This document shows positions 18,161 through 26,606 of a stretch of DNA of 40,995 nucleotides, piece by piece (positions within the stretch are counted from its first letter, which is position 1; every line of letters starts with the position of its first letter). Below the pieces are notes generated by a model, which was given only the letters and a program-made list of their open reading frames with translations, was not told the DNA's origin and did no database searches. The DNA lies in NCBI GenBank assembly GCA_964388775.1, contig CAYMBW010000004.1, positions 1 to 40,995 on the forward strand, read 5' to 3'. This DNA is from an uncultured Candidatus Saccharibacteria bacterium. GTDB taxonomy: Bacteria; Patescibacteriota; Minisyncoccia; Minisyncoccales; PEYH01. Made by a program: the position numbers and the translations under genes.

Positions 18161-18182
18161 AAAATCCCCTTGAGGGGAATTT
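18161..18182 (-). terminator. Hairpin downstream of gyrB (probable terminator)
   Basis: Minus strand aaattcccctcaaggggatttt. Confidence 0.45.
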
Positions 18183-18186
18183 CCTC

Positions 18187-18214
18187 ATATTATCATACAC
18201 CGGCCTGATGTCAA
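18187..18214 (-). promoter_or_regulatory. Possible promoter upstream of secE
   Basis: Minus strand TTGACA-N16-TAATAT with TGn extension. Confidence 0.4.
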
Positions 18215-18216
18215 GT

Positions 18217-21200
18217 TTAAATATCCAAATTTTTAACATACTTGGCATGGGTCTGGATAAATTTCTTTCTTGCTAAAACCTCTTGTCCCATCAGAACATC
18301 AAAAGTCTTGTCTGCCTCCTTAGCATCCTCTATCGTCACTCTCAATAAAGTTCTATTCTCCGGATTCATGGTCGTTTCCCAAAGCTGGTCCGCATCCATT
18401 TCACCTAAACCTTTATACCTCTGGACGTTTAAACTCTTGCCTCCTGATTTGCGCATATCTTCCACAATCTCTGTTTTGTCCGCCTCATTATAGGCATACT
18501 CCATCTTTTTACCATCTTGAATCTTGTAGAGAGGCGGTTGGGCAATATATAAATAACCCTGGTCAACTATGGCTCTAAGATACCTATAAAACAAAGTCAA
18601 CAAAAGTGTTCTTATGTGCGCACCGTCAACATCAGCATCAGTCATAATAACTATCCTGTGATAACGTAATTTGGAAATATCAAAGTCCTGCGCTATCGCC
18701 GTGCCCAAAGCGATAATTAACGCCTTAATTTCGTCAGAACTTAAAATCCTATTAAGCTTAGCCCTTTCCACATTAAGAATCTTTCCCCTTAATGGCAGAA
18801 TGGCCTGAAATCTTCTGTTCCTTCCCGCTTTTGCGCTATTGTGGACAAAAACCCCGCTAGCCAAGGCAAAATTATGGGTTTTTGGAACCTCGATATCATA
18901 AACATCCACTCTTTGTTCGAGGAATTCTATTCTTTGTACTTTGTGATTAAAATTCTGAACAGCTTCGGTTAATTGTTCTCTGTTGTTATCAAAGAACCTC
19001 GTTAGCATTGTTTCCAGCTTCAATAGATTAGCATTTTTTCTGGGTAAATTATTACGTTCTCGGTCATAGAAATCAATGCTCCCATAATCTTCATGGACCT
19101 TTTTCAGAAAAGTCATGCTCTCGCGAAAATAAACTTTATTATAAGCTAATTTTCGCTTTTCTCTAAAAGTTTTTGTCCATTGTACTTTTGTTTTATCTGA
19201 CCGCCATTTCCGCAACGTTTCATTATTCCATTGCTCTTTTGCCAACAAAGAAAGTTCTTTTCTCTTTTCAGGATGATTCTTAAAATAATTTTTTGTCTTT
19301 TCGGACATTATTTTTAGATTCTCCTTGTTTGCTCGATATTTTCTTTGGGCTTCATATAATCTTTTAAGATTATTTTTTCTATATTCTTCATTGGAATAAT
19401 AAAATTCTAAAAATTTATTTCGCATATATTCCTTATAATTCGGGTTCTCCCATTGTTTCTTTGCTCGCTCGCTCAACATATCGCGCATTGATTTCATCTT
19501 AGCTGACATCTTTTTTCTATACCCCTCTTCTTGCTTAAGTTTTTTGCATTTCTCTATCACGTCTGGTCGATGAAGGGTAAGCCGAGCAAAATCCCTATGT
19601 ATCTTCAAGTGCTCCTCTTTACTCAACCTGATTAAATTATTTGGATTATTATTTTTTTTGTCAAAATCTATATGGTGGCGATATAATCCTGCATCTTCAA
19701 TATAAATATTATTTTCCGTATTATATTTATCAGCCAATAAATGTGTAAAAATATAAAAATGTTTCATTGGGTCAAAAATCATTTCGTAGCCATCAATTGT
19801 AATTTTCCCTCCAATTTGAGATATTTTTTTCCTAAATGGCATTAAGCTCTCTCCGGGCTTTAAATTTTTTGCTTCTTTGTATTCTCCATTGCGAAGCATA
19901 AATTTATGATCTATGGTACAAGTGATTTCCTCGTTATTATCTAAGACAATTTTTAATACCTTTTCATTTTTTTTAGTAAGCCGAGGATTAATTATTTTTT
20001 CAATACCTATGTTCCCACCTTCTTTAATAGTATAACAATAATTAGATTTCCCATTCTGCCACTCATTTATCAATTCTTTAAAACTTACATCTCTGCCGTC
20101 TGTTAATGCTATCTTAGTATCGCCAGTAAAACACCCCCCGGCGCTTGCGCCTTCCACGATAAACAACTCTGACTGCGCAGGGTCTTTAGACGAGCAATCA
20201 GCTAACTTGCCCGGCAAGCTTAATCCCTCCAGGGCTCCTTTTCTAAGAACTGTTTGACGAGCGGCTGTTGCTGCTTTCCTTGCTTTGGCAGCCAAAAGGC
20301 AATACTGAAGAATCGCCCGAGCATCCTGGGGATACTGTTCTAAATACTCGGTCAATGATTCATTCAAGGCCATTTCTACGGCAGTTTTTGCCTCCGGATT
20401 ACCGAGTTTGGTTTTTGTTTGTCCTTCAAACTGTGGTTCCCTAATTTTCACCGAGATTACAGCATTAAGCCCGACCCTCACATCCCTGCCATTCAGATTT
20501 TCCTCGTCTTCTTTAAGATAATTATTTTTCTTGGCATAATCATTAAGAACTCGGGTCAAGGCGCTCCTAAAACCGGTCAAATGACTCCCGCCCTCAAGGG
20601 TAAAAATATTATTAGCAAAACTCTCTTCGTACCCCTCTTGGTCTTCTGTATATTGGAAGGCTACTTCCACTAAGATGCCTTCCTTTTCTTTGGAAGCATA
20701 AAACGGCGTTTCATGAATCAAATTATTGCTTCCAGCTAAATATTTGGTATAGGTTTTCAAGCCGCCTTCAAAATAAAAAGTATAAACGAACTTTTCATTC
20801 ATTTTTTGGTCTTCAAACCTCAACTTTACGCCTTTGGTTAAATACGCCTGACGCCTTAAATGATTTAAAATAGTTTTGCGGTCAAAGGCAACAGTCCTGA
20901 AGATTTCTTTGTCTGCTTGGAATATAACGGTTGTTCCTCTCTGGCTGCACTTCCCTTCTTTCTTTAATTTTGTCTTTGGTATGCCCTTAGAATACTCCTG
21001 ACTATACAAAAAGCCGTCCCGACAAACCTCCACTCTCATAAAAGAGGAAAGGGCACAGACAACTGAAACCCCAACTCCATGAAGTCCGCCTGACACCTGA
21101 TAAACCTTTTTCCCGAACTTAGCCCCGGCATGAAGAGTGGTCAATACGGTTTCAAGAGCAGAGACCTTTGTCTGGGGATGCACATCAACCGGGATTCCCC

Positions 21201-21447
21201 TACCGTTGTCTGACACTTTCACCTGATTATCCGACGAAAGAATCACTTTAATATCATCGGCATAACCGCCCATTGCCTCATCTATCGCATTATCAAGACA
21301 TTCCCAAATTAGATGATGTAATCCATCGGGACCGGTGGAACCGATATACATTGCCGGCCTCTTCCGCACCGGTTCCAGGCCTTTTAAAACAAAAATATCT
21401 TTTGCCGTATATCCCTGACTGTCTGTTTCTTTATTATTCTTTGGCAT
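18217..21447 (-). CDS. gyrB: DNA gyrase subunit B, intein-containing
   Basis: RKRPAMYIG, DNGRGIP, LHAGAKF, GGLHGVGVS, Toprim EGASAGG, PLRGKILN, MTDADVDGAHI, RYKGLGEM. Confidence 0.97.
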   Translation of the reverse strand: MPKNNKETDSQGYTAKDIFVLKGLEPVRKRPAMYIGSTGPDGLHHLIWECLDNAIDEAMGGYADDIKVILSSDNQVKVSDNGRGIPVDVHPQTKVSALETVLTTLHAGAKFGKKVYQVSGGLHGVGVSVVCALSSFMRVEVCRDGFLYSQEYSKGIPKTKLKKEGKCSQRGTTVIFQADKEIFRTVAFDRKTILNHLRRQAYLTKGVKLRFEDQKMNEKFVYTFYFEGGLKTYTKYLAGSNNLIHETPFYASKEKEGILVEVAFQYTEDQEGYEESFANNIFTLEGGSHLTGFRSALTRVLNDYAKKNNYLKEDEENLNGRDVRVGLNAVISVKIREPQFEGQTKTKLGNPEAKTAVEMALNESLTEYLEQYPQDARAILQYCLLAAKARKAATAARQTVLRKGALEGLSLPGKLADCSSKDPAQSELFIVEGASAGGCFTGDTKIALTDGRDVSFKELINEWQNGKSNYCYTIKEGGNIGIEKIINPRLTKKNEKVLKIVLDNNEEITCTIDHKFMLRNGEYKEAKNLKPGESLMPFRKKISQIGGKITIDGYEMIFDPMKHFYIFTHLLADKYNTENNIYIEDAGLYRHHIDFDKKNNNPNNLIRLSKEEHLKIHRDFARLTLHRPDVIEKCKKLKQEEGYRKKMSAKMKSMRDMLSERAKKQWENPNYKEYMRNKFLEFYYSNEEYRKNNLKRLYEAQRKYRANKENLKIMSEKTKNYFKNHPEKRKELSLLAKEQWNNETLRKWRSDKTKVQWTKTFREKRKLAYNKVYFRESMTFLKKVHEDYGSIDFYDRERNNLPRKNANLLKLETMLTRFFDNNREQLTEAVQNFNHKVQRIEFLEQRVDVYDIEVPKTHNFALASGVFVHNSAKAGRNRRFQAILPLRGKILNVERAKLNRILSSDEIKALIIALGTAIAQDFDISKLRYHRIVIMTDADVDGAHIRTLLLTLFYRYLRAIVDQGYLYIAQPPLYKIQDGKKMEYAYNEADKTEIVEDMRKSGGKSLNVQRYKGLGEMDADQLWETTMNPENRTLLRVTIEDAKEADKTFDVLMGQEVLARKKFIQTHAKYVKNLDI
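18838..20133 (-). mobile_element. GyrB intein (432 aa) with HNH homing endonuclease
   Basis: Starts CFTGDTKIAL after EGASAGG; block B CTIDHKF; HNH motif YRHHIDFDKKNNNPNNL...EHLKIH; basic helical NUMOD3-like repeats; ends VYDIEVPKTHNFALASGVFVHN followed by Ser (SAK). Confidence 0.95.
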
Positions 21448-21452
21448 AGAAA

Positions 21453-21487
21453 TTATTAGTGATTAGTGGTTAGTGGTTAGTGATTAG
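21453..21487. repeat. Heptamer array between pheT and gyrB
   Basis: ttattag tgattag tggttag tggttag tgattag. Confidence 0.85.
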
Positions 21488-21494
21488 TGATGAT

Positions 21495-23603
21495 TCAAGA
21501 GGATTTCCGCACCTCCCAATCCAAATTGTCTTCCATGCTCTGAATAATTTTTGCCGTCATTGCCTCAATCTCCTGTCCGCTCAAGGTTCTGTCTGCTGCC
21601 TGAAATATTATATGAAAAGCCAAACTCTTTTTCCCTTCCGGTAACTCCGGTCCCTCATAAAAATCAAATAAATCAACATCTTGAATATATTGATTCTCGC
21701 TGGTATTGATGATATTTAACACTTCGCTGACTCTTGTATCTTCCGGCAAAAGCAAGGAAATGTCGCGCATCGCCGCAGGGAATTTAGAAATAGGCCGGTA
21801 TTCGCTTTCCTCATTGCATTCCCTTAAAAGAACTTCAAAATCAATGTCAAAAGCGAAAATCTCTTGGGTCTTACCGCCTTTAATCAACACCGGAAAATTC
21901 AATGCTCCCAAAAACCCAATTTCCCTATTCCCAATCTTAATCTCCGCCATCTTGTGTTTGTCCCAGAGGTCAAAACTTGTGTCTTCCGGGGTGGGCTGAT
22001 ATTCATCGAAATAATAATCGCTGATTCCCAAATTATTAAACAAAGCATCGATAACTCCCTTGAGTATGTAAAACGATTCTTTTCCTCCGGCCATTACCCC
22101 GCTCAACATCTTTTTCTCTATAACTTTGTTTTTCTCCTGTTTGAATATCTTGCCTATTTCAAAAATTTTAATATTTTTTTCCGCGCTAAAATTTCTAAAA
22201 TTATACTGAATATTTTCAAAAAGATTTAATATCAAATTCGGCCGAAGGTAATAAAACTCTTCTGAAAACGGATTTTGTAATTCCACCAATCCTTTGCCCA
22301 ACATATCGCCTATTTTTTTACCAATAAAAGAATAGTTATACATTTCTGAAAATCCCGCCTCTTTCAAAGAATCCTTAATTTTATCTTCCCAAAAAATATC
22401 ATCATTTCTTTTTGCGGGCATCAGCGCTAATGTCGGATAACTTGACTCTAATTTCTCATACCCATAGATTCTGCCTATTTCCTCGGCAAAATCTTCATTA
22501 CGGACTAAGTCCGGACGCCAAGTCGGGATATCCACCAAAAAATCCGATTTTGTTTTAAGCCCGAGAGAATTTAAAATTCTGATAACTTCTTTTTTTTCTA
22601 CTTTAATCCCTAATAGCCCTTCTATCTTGTTTAAATCTAATTTTAATTTTCTTGACGAAATTTTCTTGAGATAAATATCTACCCTGCCCTTGGCGATTTT
22701 CCCTCCGACTCGCCCACCAACGCTTGAGCGTAGCGATTGCGGGCAGGCAATTTCTTGAATTAATTGGGCCAACCTGTCTACTGCCAATTCTGCGAGATTT
22801 GGGTCCAACCCGTGCTCAAACCGGAAAGAAGCATCGGTTTTTAAGCCGAGCTTTTGAGAACTTGCGCGAATCAATACGGAATCAAAGTTGGCGGATTCAA
22901 GGAAAATATTTTTTGTCTCTTTGCTTATCGCCGCGCTTTTCCCGCCCTTAATGCCGGCTATTGCTAAAATCTTTTCAGAATCAGCAATGACAAGGTTATC
23001 TTTATCTAATCTATATGTCTTGTCGTCTAAGGCATCTATCTGTTCTCCGATTTTTGCCCGTCTTATAAAAATCTTTTTGCCCTCAATTTTGTCCAAATCA
23101 AAAGTATGAAGCGGTTGACCAAATTCAAGCATCACATAATTCGCCGCATCCACAATATTATTAATCGGCTCAAGCCCGCAGAGGCACAACCGCTCTTGGA
23201 TATATTTAGGAGAAGACCCCACCTTCACTCCGACTAAGACCCTTCCCATATATCTTAGACAATCTCTTCCATTATCTACTCTTACATTTATAAAATCATT
23301 TATTTTTGGTTCCGCATCTTCTTTGATTTTTAACTTCCCGCCTGCAACGTTGTAGTAACTGCGGGCAGGTTCATTTTTAATTTTTAATTTGGTAACAGCC
23401 CCGCATTCTCGGGCAATCCCAAAATGCGATAAACAATCAGTCCCCCTGTTTGGCGTCACATCAATATCCAAAGCCCAATCCCCGCCCTCTCTTTTCATTG
23501 TTTCAACTTCAAAACTATGAAGCGTCAAAAGCTCGGCCAATTTCTTTGGTTCAGGCAATTTCTCGTTAAAAAATGATTGTAGCCAGTTATAAGAAAATAA
23601 CAT
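21495..23603 (-). CDS. pheT: Phenylalanine--tRNA ligase beta subunit (lacks B2 OB-fold domain)
   Basis: MLFSYNWL, TPNRxxDCLSH, INNIVDAANYVMLEFGQPLHTFD, RPDL...EEIGRIYGY, FDX-ACB domain RDISLL. Confidence 0.96.
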   Translation of the reverse strand: MLFSYNWLQSFFNEKLPEPKKLAELLTLHSFEVETMKREGGDWALDIDVTPNRGTDCLSHFGIARECGAVTKLKIKNEPARSYYNVAGGKLKIKEDAEPKINDFINVRVDNGRDCLRYMGRVLVGVKVGSSPKYIQERLCLCGLEPINNIVDAANYVMLEFGQPLHTFDLDKIEGKKIFIRRAKIGEQIDALDDKTYRLDKDNLVIADSEKILAIAGIKGGKSAAISKETKNIFLESANFDSVLIRASSQKLGLKTDASFRFEHGLDPNLAELAVDRLAQLIQEIACPQSLRSSVGGRVGGKIAKGRVDIYLKKISSRKLKLDLNKIEGLLGIKVEKKEVIRILNSLGLKTKSDFLVDIPTWRPDLVRNEDFAEEIGRIYGYEKLESSYPTLALMPAKRNDDIFWEDKIKDSLKEAGFSEMYNYSFIGKKIGDMLGKGLVELQNPFSEEFYYLRPNLILNLFENIQYNFRNFSAEKNIKIFEIGKIFKQEKNKVIEKKMLSGVMAGGKESFYILKGVIDALFNNLGISDYYFDEYQPTPEDTSFDLWDKHKMAEIKIGNREIGFLGALNFPVLIKGGKTQEIFAFDIDFEVLLRECNEESEYRPISKFPAAMRDISLLLPEDTRVSEVLNIINTSENQYIQDVDLFDFYEGPELPEGKKSLAFHIIFQAADRTLSGQEIEAMTAKIIQSMEDNLDWEVRKSS
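22710..22748. repeat. Palindromic element inserted in frame in pheT (copy 2)
   Basis: Minus strand gcctgcccgcaatcgctacgctcaagcgttggtgggcga; encodes ACPQSLRSSVGGR between IQEI and GGKI. Confidence 0.7.
23337..23370. repeat. Palindromic element inserted in frame in pheT (copy 1), within a heptamer run
   Basis: Minus strand acctgcccgcagttactacaacgttgcaggcggg; encodes PARSYYNVAG between KLKIKNE and KLKIKE. Confidence 0.7.
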
Positions 23604-23628
23604 GTTGATTAAATTAAAAGTCCAAAAT

Positions 23629-24693
23629 CTAAAATTGCTCTAAAAATCTCAAATCCCCCTTGTATAACAACCTGACATCATCAATTTTATATCTCATCAT
23701 TGTAAGGCGGTCCAACCCCATTCCAAAAGCAAAGCCCTGCCAGTCCTTCGGATTTAATCCTGCCGACTTAAACACTTGCGGATGAACCATTCCTGCCCCT
23801 GCCATCTCAAGCCATCCCGTTTTTGAACACACGCTGCAGCCCTTGCCTCCGCAGACCAAACACCTTACATCAACCTCAAAACTCGGTTCGGTAAAAGGAA
23901 AAAAACTTGGTCTTAATCGTATTTTTGCGGATTGCCTGAAAAACATTTCAAAAAACCTTTCCATAATGGCTTTCATATTCGCAGCGCTTATTTTTTTGTC
24001 CACCATCAGCCCCTCTATCTGATAAAAATTGATTTCATGAGAAGCATCGGTTGCTTCATATCGAAACGTCCTACCCGGAACGATTATTCTCAACGGCGGA
24101 TTATGTTTTTCCATATATCTCACTTGAACCGGACTGGTATGCGTCCTTAGCAATAATCTCTGATTTTTATTTTTTATTTTGGACTTTGGACTTTGGACTT
24201 TGGACTCTTTCGGGCGTAGCCAAAAAGTGTCCCACATATCTCTGGCCGGATGATTGGCAGGAATATTCAAAGCGTCAAAATTATACCACTCGCTTTCTAT
24301 TTCGGGCCCTTCAATAACCGAAAAACCAAGCCGTTCAAAAATGTCCTCTACCTCTCTCTTGACTTGAGTAATCGGATGAAGATGCCCCGTTATTAATTTA
24401 TGGCCGGGAAAACTAAAATCTATTTTCTTTTTCGGCTTATTCTTTTCATCTGTTGCGCCGACTGCCTTTTTTTTGATAATAATTTTTTCTTCCAACTCCC
24501 GCCTGATTACATTCGCCAATTTGCCAATTTCTCTTTTCTTTTTTTCAGGAAGATCTTTCAAGGAACGCAAAATAAGGATTACTTCCCCTTTCTTTCCCAG
24601 ATATTTCTGGAAAACTTGTCTTATTTCCTCATTATTTCGGGCTGAACTAATCTCTTTTTCCGCCCTGTTTTTTATATCTTTTAAATCCTCCAT
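23629..24693 (-). CDS. pheS: Phenylalanine--tRNA ligase alpha subunit
   Basis: GHLHP, NFDALN, HPARDMWDTF, LRTHTSPVQ, FPFTEPSFEVD, GAGMVHP, FAFGMGLDR. Confidence 0.97.
   Translation of the reverse strand: MEDLKDIKNRAEKEISSARNNEEIRQVFQKYLGKKGEVILILRSLKDLPEKKKREIGKLANVIRRELEEKIIIKKKAVGATDEKNKPKKKIDFSFPGHKLITGHLHPITQVKREVEDIFERLGFSVIEGPEIESEWYNFDALNIPANHPARDMWDTFWLRPKESKVQSPKSKIKNKNQRLLLRTHTSPVQVRYMEKHNPPLRIIVPGRTFRYEATDASHEINFYQIEGLMVDKKISAANMKAIMERFFEMFFRQSAKIRLRPSFFPFTEPSFEVDVRCLVCGGKGCSVCSKTGWLEMAGAGMVHPQVFKSAGLNPKDWQGFAFGMGLDRLTMMRYKIDDVRLLYKGDLRFLEQF
24179..24206. repeat. Four perfect TTGGACT heptamers inside pheS
   Basis: (ttggact)x4, translated as ESKVQSPKSK in the loop between DTFWL and LLRTHTS. 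Confidence 0.9.
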
Positions 24694-24818
24694 TTTCCTT
24701 TATTGTTCCTTTATTCTACCGCAAAAATCAACTAAAATCAAATTAAAAAAAAGGATATCCACAGTTTTAAAATAGTTAAGAATTGGCCAAAAAAGTTACT
24801 ACGTTGCTACGAGATTAC

Positions 24819-24837
24819 TACGAGGCCCGGCCTCGTA
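24819..24837. repeat. Short perfect palindrome
   Basis: tacgaggcc-c-ggcctcgta, preceded by partial direct repeats (ttactacg, ctacgag). Confidence 0.6.
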
Positions 24838-24840
24838 AGA

Positions 24841-24875
24841 ACAAAAACCTGTTGGAAAATTCAACAGATTTTTGT
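24841..24875 (-). terminator. Hairpin downstream of tRNA-Asp (probable tRNA operon terminator)
   Basis: acaaaaacctgttg...caacagatttttgt inverted repeat. Confidence 0.55.
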
Positions 24876-24892
24876 AAAGGCAAAAATTTATG

Positions 24893-24966
24893 CGGGGACG
24901 ACCGGACTCGAACCGGCAACCTCATCCGTGACAGGGATGCGATCTAACCAATTGATCTACGTCCCC
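24893..24966 (-). tRNA. tRNA-Asp (GTC)
   Basis: GGGGACGTAGATCAATTGGTTAGATCGCATCCCTGTCACGGATGAGGTTGCCGGTTCGAGTCCGGTCGTCCCCG folds as a cloverleaf; G73 discriminator; CCA not encoded. Confidence 0.95.
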
Positions 24967-25647
24967 ACAATCTATGGCTTTTATAAAAATTCTATGTTTT
25001 CTCTCTAAATAATATATGGAATCCCCTTTATTTTCAACCCTATACATAAAAGAAAAAAGGCGCAAGGCATCTCTAGTGCTAAAAGATAGCTCAAAACAAT
25101 TACCTCGTTTCTTAAAAATGCTGCCTCCCTCAACTCTATTATGTTTCCACAAAGAGTCCCTCAATCCTTCTAAAAAATCTTTGCTGCCGGATGTGAATCT
25201 GACAGAAAAAACTCGTTGCTGCAAAGATTTCCTATTACTTCTTTTGTACACACCAGAAACTACATGGCCATCTCCATCAAAATAACCTCTGATAAAATCC
25301 GGCAAACAAGCCACCGGCACTTTGGGGAATTTAATTATCTTACTTTTAGCTGGACAAAATCCTATTCTTATCAAATCTTGAAAAATAATTTTACTACCAA
25401 TTTGAATTCTGTATCTATCTTTCCATTTGCTATTCTTGTGCTTGTAAGTCCCTATCTTATGACCAGAGCCCATTGCTACCTTTACATTATAAATAAGATC
25501 TTTGTCGATTGATGTAAACTCAACATAGAATGCGCCTCTTGAATTCTTAAACATACATCCATCCGCAGCAAAATAACCAAGTATATAGGCCATCTTCGGC
25601 GACCAAAATTTAAAAAAATTCTGATTAATCTTACAGGGAACAGCCAT
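24922..25647 (-). CDS. Free-standing double-motif LAGLIDADG homing endonuclease
   Basis: Motifs MAYILGYFAADG and FIRGYFDGDG; no intein splicing motifs; lies between tRNA-Met and tRNA-Asp, with its 3' end overlapping tRNA-Asp. Confidence 0.88.
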   Translation of the reverse strand: MAVPCKINQNFFKFWSPKMAYILGYFAADGCMFKNSRGAFYVEFTSIDKDLIYNVKVAMGSGHKIGTYKHKNSKWKDRYRIQIGSKIIFQDLIRIGFCPAKSKIIKFPKVPVACLPDFIRGYFDGDGHVVSGVYKRSNRKSLQQRVFSVRFTSGSKDFLEGLRDSLWKHNRVEGGSIFKKRGNCFELSFSTRDALRLFSFMYRVENKGDSIYYLERKHRIFIKAIDCGDVDQLVRSHPCHG

Positions 25648-25688
25648 TAATCTTTTCGTCTTATGATCAAAAACATTTAGGAAGAGTG

Positions 25689-25761
25689 TGCCGGTGGAGG
25701 GGTTCGGACCCCCGACACAAGGATTATGATTCCTCTGCTCTAGCCACTGAGCTACACCGGC
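25689..25761 (-). tRNA. tRNA-Met (CAT), probably elongator
   Basis: GCCGGTGTAGCTCAGTGGCTAGAGCAGAGGAATCATAATCCTTGTGTCGGGGGTCCGAACCCCTCCACCGGCA; paired 1:72. Ile2 not fully excluded. Confidence 0.88.
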
Positions 25762-25775
25762 TACATTAATTTATG

Positions 25776-25846
25776 TCGCGGGGCCTGGAATTGCACCAGG
25801 GTCTGGGGCTTATGAGACCCCCGAGATACTACTTCTCTACCCCGCT
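25776..25846 (-). tRNA. tRNA-Met (CAT), probably initiator fMet
   Basis: AGCGGGGTAGAGAAGTAGTATCTCGGGGGTCTCATAAGCCCCAGACCCTGGTGCAATTCCAGGCCCCGCGA; 1:72 mismatch (A:G), A11:U24 pair, G-rich anticodon stem. Confidence 0.85.
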
Positions 25847-25920
25847 ATAAAAAACTATTGATTATGATAACTTAAAAACGAAAAAAAATCAACCCGTTTT
25901 CAGATGACACAGATAATGAA

Positions 25921-25983
25921 TTATTGATTATCAATTATCAATGATAAATTATCAATGATAAATTATTAATGATTAGTTATTAG
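25921..25983. repeat. Heptamer array with units in both orientations
   Basis: ttattga ttatcaa ttatcaa tgataaa ttatcaa tgataaa ttattaa tgattag ttattag. Confidence 0.8.
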
Positions 25984-26606
25984 TTTATCTCCCCCATCTC
26001 TTTGAGCGCTTTACCATAAACGGCCACTAATTCCTTTGCCCTTTCCTTGGTCAGTATGGTTTTGGGATTATTAAGCATTTTTTCTAATACTCTTTTTACT
26101 TCCATAATTTTATCAAAATTGGAAACTGATTCCGGCGACAGCTCTTTCCCGTATTTCGCCATCATTTGAACAAAAATTTTATCCGCATCAATCAATGCCA
26201 ATTTATAATTGAGTTCTCCGTTGCCTTCCAGCCGATCTGAAACCCTTTCCCAGTCGGTTCTCTCAACCCTGCCCTCCTTTAAATCCTTTATCTCTAAAAA
26301 TTCTGGCGCCTGCTCCCCTTTTTCTTGTTCATCAGAAGAAGGTCTTTTCTCCTGTTTTTCGCGCGCCTGTTTGAGTAATTCTTTTTTCCTTTTAGCCGCG
26401 CGCAGGCCATAATTATCCCTCCAGTATTTATAATCCTCCCAATCATCCAAATATAAATATCTAAGATAGCTTGTGGTAAATAAAAAATATATAATCGCTC
26501 CAAAAAGCAGAACGGAAAGAATAATTATCACAATTTTAATCGGCAAAAACGCCCTCTGCAATTCCGGGGAAACGATTATATTAAAAATGTCTTGGAGTAA
26601 TTTCAT
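25980..26606 (-). CDS. Hypothetical single-pass membrane protein
   Basis: N-terminal TM (IVIIILSVLLFGAIIYFLF), charged linker, helical C-terminus with W...YKLALIDADK; ATG 26606 overlaps the gatA end. Confidence 0.7.
   Translation of the reverse strand: MKLLQDIFNIIVSPELQRAFLPIKIVIIILSVLLFGAIIYFLFTTSYLRYLYLDDWEDYKYWRDNYGLRAAKRKKELLKQAREKQEKRPSSDEQEKGEQAPEFLEIKDLKEGRVERTDWERVSDRLEGNGELNYKLALIDADKIFVQMMAKYGKELSPESVSNFDKIMEVKRVLEKMLNNPKTILTKERAKELVAVYGKALKEMGEIN

Noticed and set aside
24922-25688. LAGLIDADG ORF as part of a group I intron in a tRNA
   Set aside because: Both neighbouring tRNAs are contiguous and complete, and the 41-nt spacer leaves no room for a ribozyme core.
21453-25983. Tandem repeats as a possible CRISPR array
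   Set aside because: Units are 7 nt with no unique spacers, and no cas genes are present.
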